Below, piece by piece: positions 47,621 to 60,000 of a DNA stretch of 60,000 bases. The stretch comes from Malacoraja senta (Eukaryota), in contig CM075988.1 in NCBI GenBank assembly GCA_038087875.1, forward strand, positions 24,926,001 through 24,986,000, read 5' to 3'. The stretch's first letter is position 1. Every line of letters begins with the position of its first letter. Made by a program: the position numbers and the translations under genes. The notes under the pieces are model-generated. The model made no database searches, was not told the origin of the DNA, and saw nothing but the letters and a program-made list of their open reading frames with translations.

Positions 47621-50600
47621 TGTACATTGACATCTCATAATTAATCTCAAGAAAGGTCTGAGTCACTGAAAGTCCGCTGATGGTCTGTACGTAACTCAGG
47701 TGCCTCATTATTTTCACCTCTTTCCTCGTGCGAAGGGGGGGTGATATGCTTTTGCTGACTCATTGTTAGCTGTGATATAACGGGTGTGAGCGGCTGGATT
47801 CCAGATGTGTGCAGGTGTATGCTTGGCTTCCGATATTTGAGCACCCTGAACTTGATGCTGAAAGTCTTCCAACTAACACAGATGTGATGAGAATTTCAAG
47901 ACAGCATTCGGAGGAACGACAGAGAGAGTGAGAGGGAGAGAGAGAGAGAGAGACAGAAAGAGAGTGCGTGTAAAGTTAGTATGCGCTTGTCCAGGCTCGA
48001 AGCTGTCGCAAGCGACCGGCAATTTGAATTTTTCTTTTGTTTATATTTTTGAGAGAGGAGTAGGGAGGCTGCTCGTCAAGACTGCAATTAATACGGCAAA
48101 AAACCCCCAACTCTGCCAAAGGTGAGAGCCATTGCAATCTTAGAACAAATTCATCTGTGTAATAAATGCCTTTGTCCAGCCTTGTGAGGGCAGTCTCACT
48201 CTGGAATGCAAGTGTCACAGTGGGAGGGGAGACTCAGGGTTGAGCTGCTGCATAGTCAAAGCCCCTGTCGGCCCTTTTGTCTCACATCCTTTTCGTTTCT
48301 CCCTTGCGACTCCCAAGTGCCATCCTTGTCAGTGGTCCGAAGAGAGAGGTTGGAGGGGGTGCTGAGAGAGTGTCTATATGTGAGTGTCTGTCTGTGTGTG
48401 TGTGTGTGTATATATTTGAGAATGTGTGTATGTGCGCGTGTGAATGTGTGTGCTTGCGCGCTGCATATGTGGGTCTGCCTGTACGTTATAGAAAGAAAAG
48501 ACATGGGGTCTGCAGCGCGATCACCCCACACTGTTATAATAAATAGATGGCTAATGCATTCTTAAATTTAGGAATGGAAATGAGAGCTTAGTTTGTGTCT
48601 TGTCTGAAGGACTTGCTGCTTTGCTGCATTAGAATGTGATCTGTACGGTAGAAGGTCCTTGCATCTATCTGTCAGCGCCAACGAGCTCTTCAGAGAAACT
48701 GGCTTAAGTACAAGGGTCGGGGGCTCCGGAGGAGGGCGGGAATAATTACTGTAGCAAAAAATACTTTTGAAGCGGGCGTGAGAGATCGCAGGTACTCTGA
48801 AAGTGTTTGTGAGTGCATCGCAAGCTGAAAATTTCACGGCGTTTTTGCACCAGATCATTTAATTCTGCCCAGATTCCGTGGTTGTCTGGGCGGAAACTGT
48901 GCGGAAACAGCTGCAAAGATATTTGTTGTTTGAACGCGAGTTTGCCTCTGCGGGCGACTGGGTGTGTGGAGAGAAAGAGAGTGAGAGAGAAGGAGAGAGA
49001 GGAGAGAGAGAGAGAGAGAGCGAGAGAAAGAAGGAAAGAAGGAAAGAGAGAGAGAGAGAGCAAGAAAGAAGGAAAGGTGTGCACATCTCGAGGAGCTGCA
49101 ATTTCTGTTCTGCCGTGAATTTTTCAAGGCAAAAATAAAGTTTGATAAAATGTTTTTATTGTTCACGACTGATCCTACTAATTTGCCTGTACGTGTGTGG
49201 GTCAGCATGCCGGCACGCAAGAGAAAGTAGGGGAACTGGGATGGGTACCTGAGAATCTTGCGCATTTTGAAATTGAAGCGTTGTAGAAAAATGCAACTCT
49301 TCCCCGAAAAGGATGTTGAATCTGGAAGTCAGTTGATGTCTGTTTGTTTGGTCGGGTTATTAAAGGGTTACGCATATAAGGTGGGTAAATGGGATTGAGA
49401 TAGCTATCCAAGACCTAATTGAAGCGAACATTTGAGGGTGTGGACGCTTTCTCCTTTCATTGTGTTTCTTTAAATTGGTATGCAATTAAAAAAATTAGTT
49501 CGGAGATTTTAAATGTACTTGTCAAGATGAATTTTCAGTCATGTGCCTGCTCCATCACCATATCTGCCATATTTATAACACTGACTCGCTCCACCCTGAC
49601 TCCTTCATCTCTGCTGTTGTTACTTGACCATTTCTATATATTCTCCTGGCAAGCTACCGATCTTTCATCAATGCTGTGTACACCTCAACTCATTTAACAG
49701 TCTGTTGACATCTCTTAATTTGCACCATAATCCTGCTGCCTTTTGGCACACTGGCTCTATGTCCAGCTAAGTCTCAGTTTTAGAATTCTCACCCTCTTTG
49801 TTGAATCCCTTCACAGTCTCTCCTTCCCCATCTCAGCAACCTCCAGACCAAGATTTCTATAGTTCTCCAGTTCTGGCCTCTTGATTGTGATTGCTGCAAC
49901 CGAGGCTATGTAGGCCCGACACTCTGGAATCCTCTTCCCAAGCCTTTCCATCTCTCAGACTTTCATCCCTCCTCCTTAAAAGTTCACCCATTATTCCAGG
50001 TTTGTTCCTTAATCCTAAAATTACCTTCTATTGTGTAGTTGTTTCATATCACTTCCGTGATGTGGCTTGGTGAATTTTGTAGCGTTAAGGGTGCTACATA
50101 AAAATAATTTGCTGGTAAAATCATAATTAATCCATGAAAATGTCAGTGATGTTAATTAAATTCTGCTTCACAGATTGCTGCTTTTTCGTGGCAGTGTATA
50201 TATGGATGAGATAAAAAAATGTATTAAACTGCTTGTGATGATTTGTCCATAGCGAGGTGTGTCTATTGCTTCAACTTCTAGTGGGGGTTAAGTGGGGAAA
50301 AATGTCAGGAAATGTGGACTAAATGTGGTTAAACTGATCCTGTTGGCCAAGTGGGCTGGTGCTGGTTCTAAATTGTACTGGCCGAGTCGAGCCGGTAAGA
50401 AAGGTCAGCTGTCGGGCCTATTACTGAAATAATTAATCGACCGTGTTTTAAACCATTATCTGAGTTACAACATTGTTCATGCCGCTGCAATCTTCTTTCC
50501 ATGCATGTCGACATAATCAGGGAATATTGTCCACACCTGTCAGGTAAAGAGAAAACTGTAGGGTGTATTTGAGGAGAGGTGTGTGCGCGTGTGCCCATGA

Positions 50601-52409
50601 GTGCTAGCTAACATGCACAACGGAAATTTGTCTTTGTGAGGGAATGTAGCAGAAAACTACTTCTACACTCCCCAACAAGCCAAAATTATGCTTGAACTAA
50701 GATCTGGTTTGGGGTGCGCACTCAGGGAATAGAGGGCAGAATGGTGTTTACATGAAAATGATGAATGTGTGTGTATGTAGGAATAGTTTGAGTATCCAAA
50801 GGGCAATAATGTATGTGTGTACGTACGCATGCAGAGATTGAAATTTTGTTTGTGTGTGTGTGTAGTTAAAAGGATAATTTTAACTCAGGGTGACAGTGCT
50901 AACTGGTTGATATTGTTGCATGCCCATCAGTTTTTATTTCCATTGACTTCACATCAACTTGTTTCACACCATCGTCCCAAGTAGAAATGACCCCCTTGGT
51001 TTGTGAGTGTGCATGGCTGAATTGTGTAAGAGCTTAAGAATAGTACACATGAAAAAAAGCATAGCAATAATCAAAAGTATTAGGGAAAACTTAAATCAGT
51101 GAGAGGATTTTAAGTAACAGGTGATTAAACCCCTGTTTTGTTCTCAAGAAGGGACAATATGCTTTTACAGTTGGGGATAAAACTGTGGTCACTGTCTCCT
51201 CCCTCTCCCATTCACTTGTTTTAAGAAACCGCAGGGACGTTCTCTTGTTGTTCGTAGCTCACCTGTGTCAGGTATCAGATGCTTGGTCATCGATGGCAAT
51301 TTAGGATGAGTATGAATGGCCATTCTTCACTTCATGAGTGGAAGGTCAGTGGATCCTCCACCACTGTTTGAAGCTAAAGTGGGAAGAGTTCTGGCTAACT
51401 CTCATCTCTCAATTGGCCTGGTCTGTCTTTGTTGTGTACAGATTAGCTGCCACGCCGGCTAAATGTAAGTACAGATGGCCACTTCTTCTCAAAGCACTTC
51501 CAGAATGTACTTTATTTGGCTGGAAGGCTTCAGGATGACCTGATGTTTTTAACAGCACGATAGAAAATGAAGTTCCTTCTTTCTGGGTGAAATTAATACA
51601 AGTGCATCAATGCCATTGTTGGCAGCAGCTCAGTTGATAGTCTGTTCATCTTTGTTATAAGCTCAAGTCACACTCTTGGCAATTGAGACGCCGATTCTCC
51701 TGAGACACGCAGTACTACTCAGGTGCTAAACAGTTGGAGGTGCAGCCTTTGGATGAGAGATGAAACCATGGGGCAACTTGCTGCTACATGGCTGAATATC
51801 CCATGGCACCATTTTGAAGTGGAGCTGCCATGTTTTCCCGGGCATCCTGACCAAATATATCCCTAAAACATACGGACTGGCGCCATCACAGAGCTTGGTG
51901 TGTCCAGTTTAGCTATGAGATTGTTCCTGAGAAAAATAGTTCATTGGCTGTAAGGTGATTTGCAACGTTCTGAGGCTACAAAAGGCCCGAACAAATGTAA
52001 GTATTTTCTTTTTTCTTTCTAATGAAGAATGGTTGAATTCACCAAAATATATTTTGCACTGAAAAAACCTAGGCCACTTTATGCTTGTTTGGGATAAGAA
52101 CGAACTAGTTTCATGTCCTGCAGTGTGGGAACGTGACCACTTGTAAGCTTGGAAAGGCAACATGTACAAACCCTCGTCATCATTTAACCTGTAAATGAAC
52201 CATTCTGACAGATTGTTGAAAAGTTAACCTTCAATTTGTGGTTCCTGTGAAGTTTACCTCGGCTCCCTTTGTAAGGAGTTTCTACAAATCTTTTATAACT
52301 GTTGTACATTCTCAGAGAGCCATCCAAGGCTACAAAATATCATCACAGGACTTTGCTACAAGCGGCTTAGCAGGAACCTTTTTGGGTTTTAGTGAGGGGG
52401 CAAGGCATC

Positions 52410-53380
52410 AGTCATAGTGTCGTACAGCGTGGAAACAGGCCCTTCTGCCCAACTTGCCCACATCAGCCAACATCTCCCAGCTACACTAGTCCTACCTGCC
52501 TATTTGGAGCATATCCTTCCAAACCAAGGTACCTGCCTAACTATCAAGGGGATATGGGGAACAAGCAGGAACGGGGTACTGATTTTAGATGCTCAGCCAT
52601 GATCATATTGAATGGCGGTGCTGGATCGAAGGGCCGAATGGCCTACTGCTGCAGCTATTTTCTATGTTTCTAACTGTTTCTTAAATGTTGGGATAGTCCC
52701 TGCCTCAACTACCTCCTTTGGCAACTCATTCCATGCACCCATCAACCTTTGTGTGAAAATGTTACCCCTCAGATTCCTAATCAGTCATATGTTGATAGAA
52801 TGGAGCGGGAGGGCTTGTATACTCTTGAATTTAGAAGGATGAGTGGTGATCTTATTGAAACATATAAGATTATTAAGGGATTGGACCCGTTAGAGGCAGG
52901 AAACATGTTCCCGATTTTGGGGGAGTCCAGAACCAGGGGCCACAGTTTAAGGATAAGGGGTAGGCCATTTAGAATGGAGACGAGGAAAAACGTTTTCACC
53001 CAGAGAGTTGTGGAATTCTCTGCCTCAGAAGGCAGTGGAGGCCAATTCTGTGGATGCTTTCAAGAGAGAGTTAGATAGAGCTCTTAAAGAGCGGAGTCAA
53101 GGGATATGGTGAGAAGGCAGGAACGGGGTACAGAAAGTGGATGATCAGCCATGATAACTGAATGGTGATGCTGGCTCGAAGGGCCGAATGGCCTACTCCT
53201 GCACCATTTTCTATTGTCTATTCACCATAAGTCTATGCCCTCAATTTCCCCTACTCTGAGCATCTACCTGATCTATTCCTCTCATGATTTTATATACCTC
53301 TCTATGATCACCCCTCATCCTCCTGCACTCCAAGGAATAGAGTCCCCAGCCTGTTCAACCTCTCCCTGTAGCTCAGACTG
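52410..53380. mobile_element. Nested CR1 cluster: minus-strand CR1 split by two plus-strand CR1 3' ends (52543-52670, 52783-53222)
   Basis: ORF 52749-53078 SYVDRMEREGLYTLEFRRMSGDLIETYKIIKGLD; host sequence resumes after each insert. Confidence 0.85.
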
Positions 53381-53774
53381 AGTCAACTGAAATCTTATCA
53401 CATTGTGGGCTGCAGCGCAGTGCTTCCCGTTATGGAACTGTTGCTTGAATACAACCAGGCGTAGGTGCCATTTTACCTTCTTCAGGTAAGACAATGGGAT
53501 CAGTGTAACACAACCATGCCCACATTGACCAGTATTCATAACTGAGTGTTGCATACTCTAATGGTGGTTTTATCTAATATTTTATGTTTTCTCAGGAGTA
53601 GCCAATCCTGGGTGGACACCTGTGGTGAACATTTTTAATGTGACTATTGATATGCCATCTTAATGGTCCATTATAGACTTAAGAATCAACAAAGCTCTTT
53701 AGGACTGCTGTTGTGTATCAATCACTTTGAAAGACATATATCAACCTGTTGGGCATTTAGAACATTTTGGCAGC

Positions 53775-54000
53775 ATTCATTGTCAATTCTCTGCCACAGA
53801 AGGTAGTTGAGGCCAGTTCATTGGCTATATTTAAAAGGGAGTTAGATGTGGCCCTTGTGGCTAAAGGGGTCAGGGGGTATGGAGAGAAGGCAGGGATGGG
53901 ATACTGAGTTGGATGATCAGCCATGATCATATCAAATGGCGGTGCAGGCTCGAAGGGCCGAATGGCCTACTCCTGCACCTATTTTCTATGTTTCTATGTT
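53775..54000 (+). mobile_element. CR1 3' end with (TTTCTATG)n tail
   Basis: aattctctgccacagaagg...ctattttctatgtttctatg. Confidence 0.88.
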
Positions 54001-54070
54001 TTTTCAATTGACAATTAGATTTGCCAGTGTTGGCTGAGGACATTTTGAGTGGGTGATTTGCTGGTAGTTA

Positions 54071-55551
54071 CAGTGCCCTCCGTAATGTTTGGGACAAAGA
54101 CCCATCATTTATTTATTTGCCTCTGTACTCCACAATTTGAGATTTGTAATAGAAAAAAATCACATGTGGTTAAAGTGCACATTGTCAGATTTTAATAAAG
54201 GCCATTTTTATACATTTTGCTTTCACCATGTAGAAATTACAGCAGTGTTTATACATAGTTCCTCCATGTCAGGGCACCATAATGTTTGGGACACAGCAAT
54301 GTCATGTAAATGAAAGTAGTCATGTTTAGTATTTTGTTGCATATCCTTTGCATGCAATGACTGCTTGAAGTCTGCGATTCATGGACATCACCAGTTGCTG
54401 GGGGTCTTCAATGGTGATGCTCTGCCAGGCCTGAATTGCAGCCATCTTTAGCTTTGGGGGCTAGTCCCCTTCAGTTTTCTCTTCGGGTGATTGACTTGGC
54501 CACTCAAGAATTGACCATTTTGTAGCTTTGAAAAACTCCTTTGTTGCTTTAGCAGTATGTTTGGCATCATTGTCTTGCTGTAGAATGAACCGCTGGCCAA
54601 TGAGTTTTGAGGCATTTGTTTGAATTTGAGCAGATAAGATGTGTCTATACCCTTCAGAATTCATTATGCTACTACCATCAGCAATTGTATCATCAATGAC
54701 GATAAGTGAGCCAGTACCTTCAGCAGCCATACATGCCCAGGCCATAACACCCCCACCACTGTGTTTCACAGATGAGGTGGTATGTTTTGGATCTTTGGCA
54801 GTTCCTTCTCTCCTCCATACTTTGCTCTTGCCATCACTCCTGATATAAGTTAATCTTCATCTGTCCACAAGACTTTTTTCTAGAACTGTGGTTGCTCTTT
54901 TAAGTACTTCTTGGCAAACAGTAACCTGGCCATCCTATTTTTGCGGCTGACCAGAGGTTTGCATCTTGCAGTGTAGCCTCTGTATTTCTGTTCATGAAGT
55001 CTTCTGCGGACAGTGGTCATTGACAAATGCACACCTGACTCCTGAAGAGTGTTTCTGATCTGTCGGACAGGTATTTGGGGATTTTTCTTTATTATAGAGA
55101 GAATTCTTCTGTCATCAGCTGTGATGGTCTTCCTTGGCCTGCCAGTCCCTTTTGTGATTAGTAAGCTCACCAGTGCTTTCTTTGGCACAACTTTGGTCCT
55201 CATGTTGATAAACAGCAATAAAAGTTTCCAAAGGTGATGGAAGGACGAGGTGCTGAGAGCTCTCTTATACCTGCATTAAGGAGGCAATTAAACACACCCG
55301 AGCAATTACAAACACCTGTGAAGCCATGTGTCCCAAACATTATGGTTCCCTGAAATGGGGGACTGCGTATAAACACAGCTGTAATTTCTACATGTTGAAA
55401 CCAAAATGTACTGAATCGGCCTGTAATAAAATCAGACAATGTGCACGTTACCCACGTGTGATTTTTTTTCTATTACAAATCTCAAATTGTGGAGTATAGA
55501 GGCACATAAATAAATGATGGGTCTTTGTCCCAAACATTATGGAGGGCACGA
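54071..55551 (-). mobile_element. Tc1 DNA transposon, IR/DR type, defective transposase
   Basis: ~225-bp TIRs starting cagtgccctc, each with outer and inner taatgtttgggaca repeats; TA flanks; GRPRKT HTH (54880-55218) and KHSGGGVMAWAC..QQDNDAKHT..WPSQSP (54461-54769). Confidence 0.93.
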
Positions 55552-56487
55552 TAAGAGGTCTTACGATAAAACCTACAAGATTATATCCAACCAGCATTGC
55601 CACCTTTAAAATAGGACAAATAAACTTAGCACTGAACTCTAAGGGATGTGGTTGAAGAAAACCTTCAATTGGGAGAGAAAGTCATGCTCAGAACAAGACA
55701 GGCAGTACACAATATGGTTACCGCATATAGGGGAAAGGAATGTGTAAAAAGAGAAGATGAGGTCTGCTGAATGAACCATCTTAACTGGCTTTCATGGTCC
55801 TGTACAATATCATTATCAACTGTTGTTCTCTGTGATGTAGGAGACAATACTTAATCATGTGTCGGTTGATGTATCAATGTTAAATTCTTCCCTTATTTTC
55901 TTCCTTCCTGTTTCTGAAACCTCCACCAGCACTCCAAGATCTCCATGCAATTCTAGCCTCTGACACATTCTCAATGTTCTTACCTCCAGCACAGACAGCA
56001 AAGCCTTCTGTTACCCAAATGCTAAGTCCTGGATCTTTTCCACAAACCGCATTCACCTCCAGAACATGACTTCTGAAAACATACAACTTTGATCAATTTT
56101 ATGTACCTGAACAAATATCTCCTTATGTAGCTTGGCATCAATTTGTTGTCCGACACTACTCCATAACTGCCTTAAGATATTGTCACTACCTTGAGGATGC
56201 TATATAAATGCCATTTGCTACTGAAAAGAGATCATGGCCAACCACATTTGACAGATATAAGAAAAGTAAGACATTAACTTTCTAAAACCGAATAAACCAG
56301 CTTCGAGAGTGGGATGGAACGTATTTCTCTGACAAAGTATGAATTAGATGAGTACAAGGTCAAGCTGAAAGGGAGATTAAAAAATCCCAGGGAATATTAA
56401 TTCAGATTGTGTTATGATGAGCGTAGATTTATGTAAAACAAATAGTCCCCATACTTGGGAAAACTGTACAGTACACCTGTTTTTTTT

Positions 56488-56585
56488 AGAAACAAGGAAC
56501 TGCAGGTGCTGGTTTGCAAAGAAGGAGACAAAGTGCTGGAGTAACTCAGTAGGTTAGCGAGATCGACTGAGTTACACCAGCACAT
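56488..56585. mobile_element. Diverged pLTR element
   Basis: tagaaacaaggaactgcaggtgctgg...gctggagtaactcag. Confidence 0.65.
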
Positions 56586-57557
56586 TGGATCTTTGTACGT
56601 TTTGTTGGGGTTGGGCCTTTGCTAGTGCATCTGCATCTGTGACAAGCATGTGCTTGTTCCTGTTTGTTTATATTATGCTAGCTTGCGTGTGCATGCATGC
56701 AAAGCTTGCGGTTTTTGGTGTGTCTGTGAATGTATTCACATTACCTGTCGAAGTCCATGGTGTGCATTGGTTGTGTGCATGCCTGTAGAGTGCCATGGCC
56801 GTCTGCTCTAAAAATGCATGAATGTGATGTATGTTTCCAAAGTTTGCATGTGGACTGATGTACTTGTATGATATATGTATCCCAGTACGCACATCTGCTT
56901 TCCTGCTTAAGAATGAAATGTAAAATTCCGTGTGGAAATCGGCAACAAGGGTGAAAAGTGCTGGAAAGGACACGAGGCAAATTAAAATTAATAATTAGAG
57001 GCATCAAGCCTGAATATTGAACATGGGAGCTGTGGGAACCTGTAAGTAGTTCCAGTTTTGAGATCATTTGAACATGAGTCAGTGTAGAAGATGTAATGTT
57101 ACAGAAAGGTAAATAGTTAGGGCACTCAATAATATAATAGCTGCAATTGAGCAGACATCTGGCTTTCAATGTGTTCTTAATGATAACTATCAGTCCATTC
57201 AATGTAAATGCTATTTAAAGGTTCACAAATATAAAGGTCACATCTGCCATTTCAAGTTACTGCAGTGTTTGCTGCATATTAGAACATTGCATGACAACTT
57301 TTCACTGTTAGGGAATGAATGACTAAAAATAGGGGGCAGGGGCATGCATAGGGATTGAAATTGGCCAATTTTAGACGAGGTCACACATATGCCTTTAATG
57401 TAATGACTCCATAAGCATTGTGCCTCTCCTCATCCACATCCCTCATCTGCTTCCACATATCCCTACGGTTTTATTCAATGAGGAGATAAGGGCAGTTTAC
57501 ATATAGAATAACTAAAGTCTGCCAGTGGGATACAGGTTGCAATCTGCTTTATACCTA

Positions 57558-57691
57558 TTAGACACAAAATGCTGGAGTATCTCAGCGGGCCAGGCAACAT
57601 CTCTGGAAATGCTGCATGTCCCGCTGAGTTACTCCAGCAATTTTGTGTCTATCTTTGGTTTAAACCAGCATCTTCAGTTCCTTCCTATACA
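57558..57691. mobile_element. Inverted pLTR element lacking the hammerhead segment
   Basis: TSD ttatacct at 57549-57556 and 57692-57699. Confidence 0.82.
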
Positions 57692-58038
57692 TTATACCTC
57701 CAACAGATGTCCGAGCAAGCGAAGGCTTATAACATTGAAGTAATTGAGTGGTAGGTACTTGAGAGTGAGTTTATTTGAGTGTAAGAGTGGTTTATATATA
57801 TTTAATACTGGTTTTCTTGAGATGAAGAATGAATCAACCATATGCAAACTTATGAAGAATATAGGAAAAAGCTCTTTGTTCCTTCCAAGCTGAGCTACAC
57901 AAATTAAAAGTCTGGTACATCATGGTATCCTCTTGCATTCTAGCCACATAATTGCCTGGCAAAGTTTAAAAAAAAATCATAATGAAGGGAAAATTAGAAA
58001 TACTTTTTTTGGTTACCCTAAAACAATGGAATTAATCC

Positions 58039-58140
58039 AAGATCTGATGAAGGGTCTTGACCCGAAACATCACCTAATCCTTTTCTCCAGAGATGCTGTC
58101 TGACCCGCTGAGTTACTCCAGCAATTTGTGTCTATCTTCG
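58039..58140 (+). mobile_element. Solo pLTR/hammerhead element
   Basis: TSD gaattaatcc at 58029-58038 and 58140-58149; CTGATGA-A-GGGTCTTGACCC-GAAAC. Confidence 0.85.
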
Positions 58141-59407
58141 AATTAATCCTTCGGGTTCCTTTTGAGCTTGACTATCGAGCTCTTCCTTCTGGTTTCAGGA
58201 GACCTCCTTTCTAGCCCGAAGCAGGTCAGATTCCTGCAGGAAGGAATTTAATGAATCGAAGTTCACCACATGAGATGGCAAACGATGTCAGGCATCCATC
58301 AATCCTTTGCAGAACCAGACTCCAACAGCTAAGCAACGTCAAGCTACACATTGCTTGAGTTTGAGAACCCATGGTCCTCACTAAACTGTCCAATTAGAAA
58401 GTGTGTCAGAATGAGTATAATTTAATTGTTTTGTAAAACTAATGATGAACTTACTTTTAAATCTACTGCTCAACATGAATTTGCAGGAAGAAGAGCCTGA
58501 TATCCTTCAGTGAAGGCCATGGACATTAATTATTGGGTTGAGGTCTTCAGTCACAGTGGTCAGTATGTCACGCAGTGTATCTACAACGTGGTATGATTTG
58601 AATTCTGAATACCATTTTAGAAAAGTCATTCCCTGGATGTTGGCAGTGCTGCACCTAAGGCTGACAAATATTGTTCACCCTGTGGTGGCAAGGCCCCTCC
58701 TTAAACAGTGTAGTCTGTATGATGAAGAGACTCCTCCGCTATTGATAGGGAGGAACTAAGATTCTGCCTGGGAACAATGTTTGTTCAAGTCTGGTTGGTG
58801 TGTGACAGAGGGAATCATGAAGGTTTTGTGAAGGCACCATATCTCCTGCTCTTTGTTAATAATTATATATAATATTTATCATTATATCCTTTATTTTGCT
58901 CTTGGATGTTGGATTGTATGAAAGCCATGTATGAAATGTAATTCAATATTTCAATTAAGTTGAATATATCCTCTCTGTGGATGCAGAGGTGTTAAGATCA
59001 GTGCAAGGAGCGACAGTAAATGGCAAGCTTAAGATGACATGCACCTTTGACAAACTCAGGAACTTCCAGAGCACCTTACAGTCAAAGCAGGACAGGCCAG
59101 GCAGGAGACATGAAGTCATGGCAGGAAACCCGTGGAAACTTTTCCAGTCAACATTGGCAACTTGACCTTATGGCAATTAAACTTGAGTCAGATGGAAGCT
59201 CTGAAACTTTTCTCATGTTATTTTTTGTGCACAGTCTCGCCACCTTCTCAACCTCCTGCTGCCTCCCACCTCTTCTGCTATCTCCTTTCAGCTTTGTGTT
59301 GTGCAACAAAGGCGTGCTCTCAGTCATCAAGCTCACTGCTGCTCAGCCCCTGGGCTATTTGGGTTCAAAAGGACAACAGGGCCAGGATTTGAACTCACTC
59401 ACTCCCT

Positions 59408-59575
59408 AACCAGAGTTGCCAACTCTGGTTGCATGAGTTCCTAATCACTGGCTTCATTTATATGAGAAAGATATATCTTTTTGTTTCAAATGCTTTTGTG
59501 ATACTTGCCCTGGCAGTCGAGTTCCAGAGACAAACTTGAATTCCTGGAGACTTTAAGACAATGCTGGAAATTTGA
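59408..59575. mobile_element. Decayed hAT-like MITE
   Basis: Starts cagagttgccaactc (AGGGTTGCCAAC-type TIR); other end degraded. Confidence 0.4.
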
Positions 59576-59733
59576 TCCTTATCAAAAACAAAAGGTCGGT
59601 TTAATAATTTAAAGGGGAGCGTGCTTTTGCTGAGAGAAAAGTTTCTAGATTAGATGTATTTTGACGGCAAGTTGCTCTTGCCTCCTTTTATTTGTCAGGC
59701 CCCGTGGTTCCGTAATGCAACTTAATAAGACAC

Positions 59734-59924
59734 ATGTGCAGGAAGGAACTGCAGATGCTGGTTTAAACCGAAGATAGACACAAAATGCTGGAGTAACTCA
59801 GCGGGACAAGCAGCATCCCTGGAGCATCAGAAGCAGGCTCTCGACACGCTAAACATCACCCATTCCTTCTCTCCAAAGATGCTGCCTGTCCCACTGAGTC
59901 ACTCCAGCATTTTGGGTCTTATCG
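59734..59924. mobile_element. Inverted dimer pLTR element
   Basis: TSD ttaataagacac at 59722-59733 and 59925-59936. Confidence 0.88.
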
Positions 59925-60000
59925 TTAATAAGACACCTCCTGTGTGCAGTACAACCACAATTTAAATATTCCTGGTTGTCACTATAATATTTATTCAGCT

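Noticed and set aside
53580..53630. Splice acceptor/donor-like motifs (also ~11780, ~20888, ~53484)
   Set aside because: No consistent exon with a coding frame or homology; such motifs occur by chance

Overview
Repeat-rich, apparently non-coding vertebrate DNA. HE1-type V-SINEs, HER1/CR1 LINE tails and Deu-domain SINEs point to a cartilaginous fish, probably a skate or ray (inference). I find no host protein-coding gene. Every ORF with recognisable homology is a transposon remnant: Penelope GIY-YIG C-terminus, CR1/L2, RTE, Rex1/Babar or Tc1. The most striking signal is about 30 short (90-250 bp) Penelope-like pLTR-derived insertions. Many carry a minimal hammerhead-ribozyme core (CTGANGA-A-GGGT[YTCG]RCCC-GAAACGTY). 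About half are inverted dimers with both 3' ends facing outward, and many have 8-17 bp target-site duplications that overlap the element ends by microhomology. Also present are four PIF/Harbinger-type MITEs sharing an internal TTCAACATGTTGAA palindrome, an IR/DR Tc1 element, composite SINE-like elements with different tails, several CNE/enhancer-like blocks, a TE-poor CpG-enriched zone (~43.5-51.5 kb) and a 200-N gap. Family assignments come from motif recognition, not database searches, and boundaries of old repeats are approximate.
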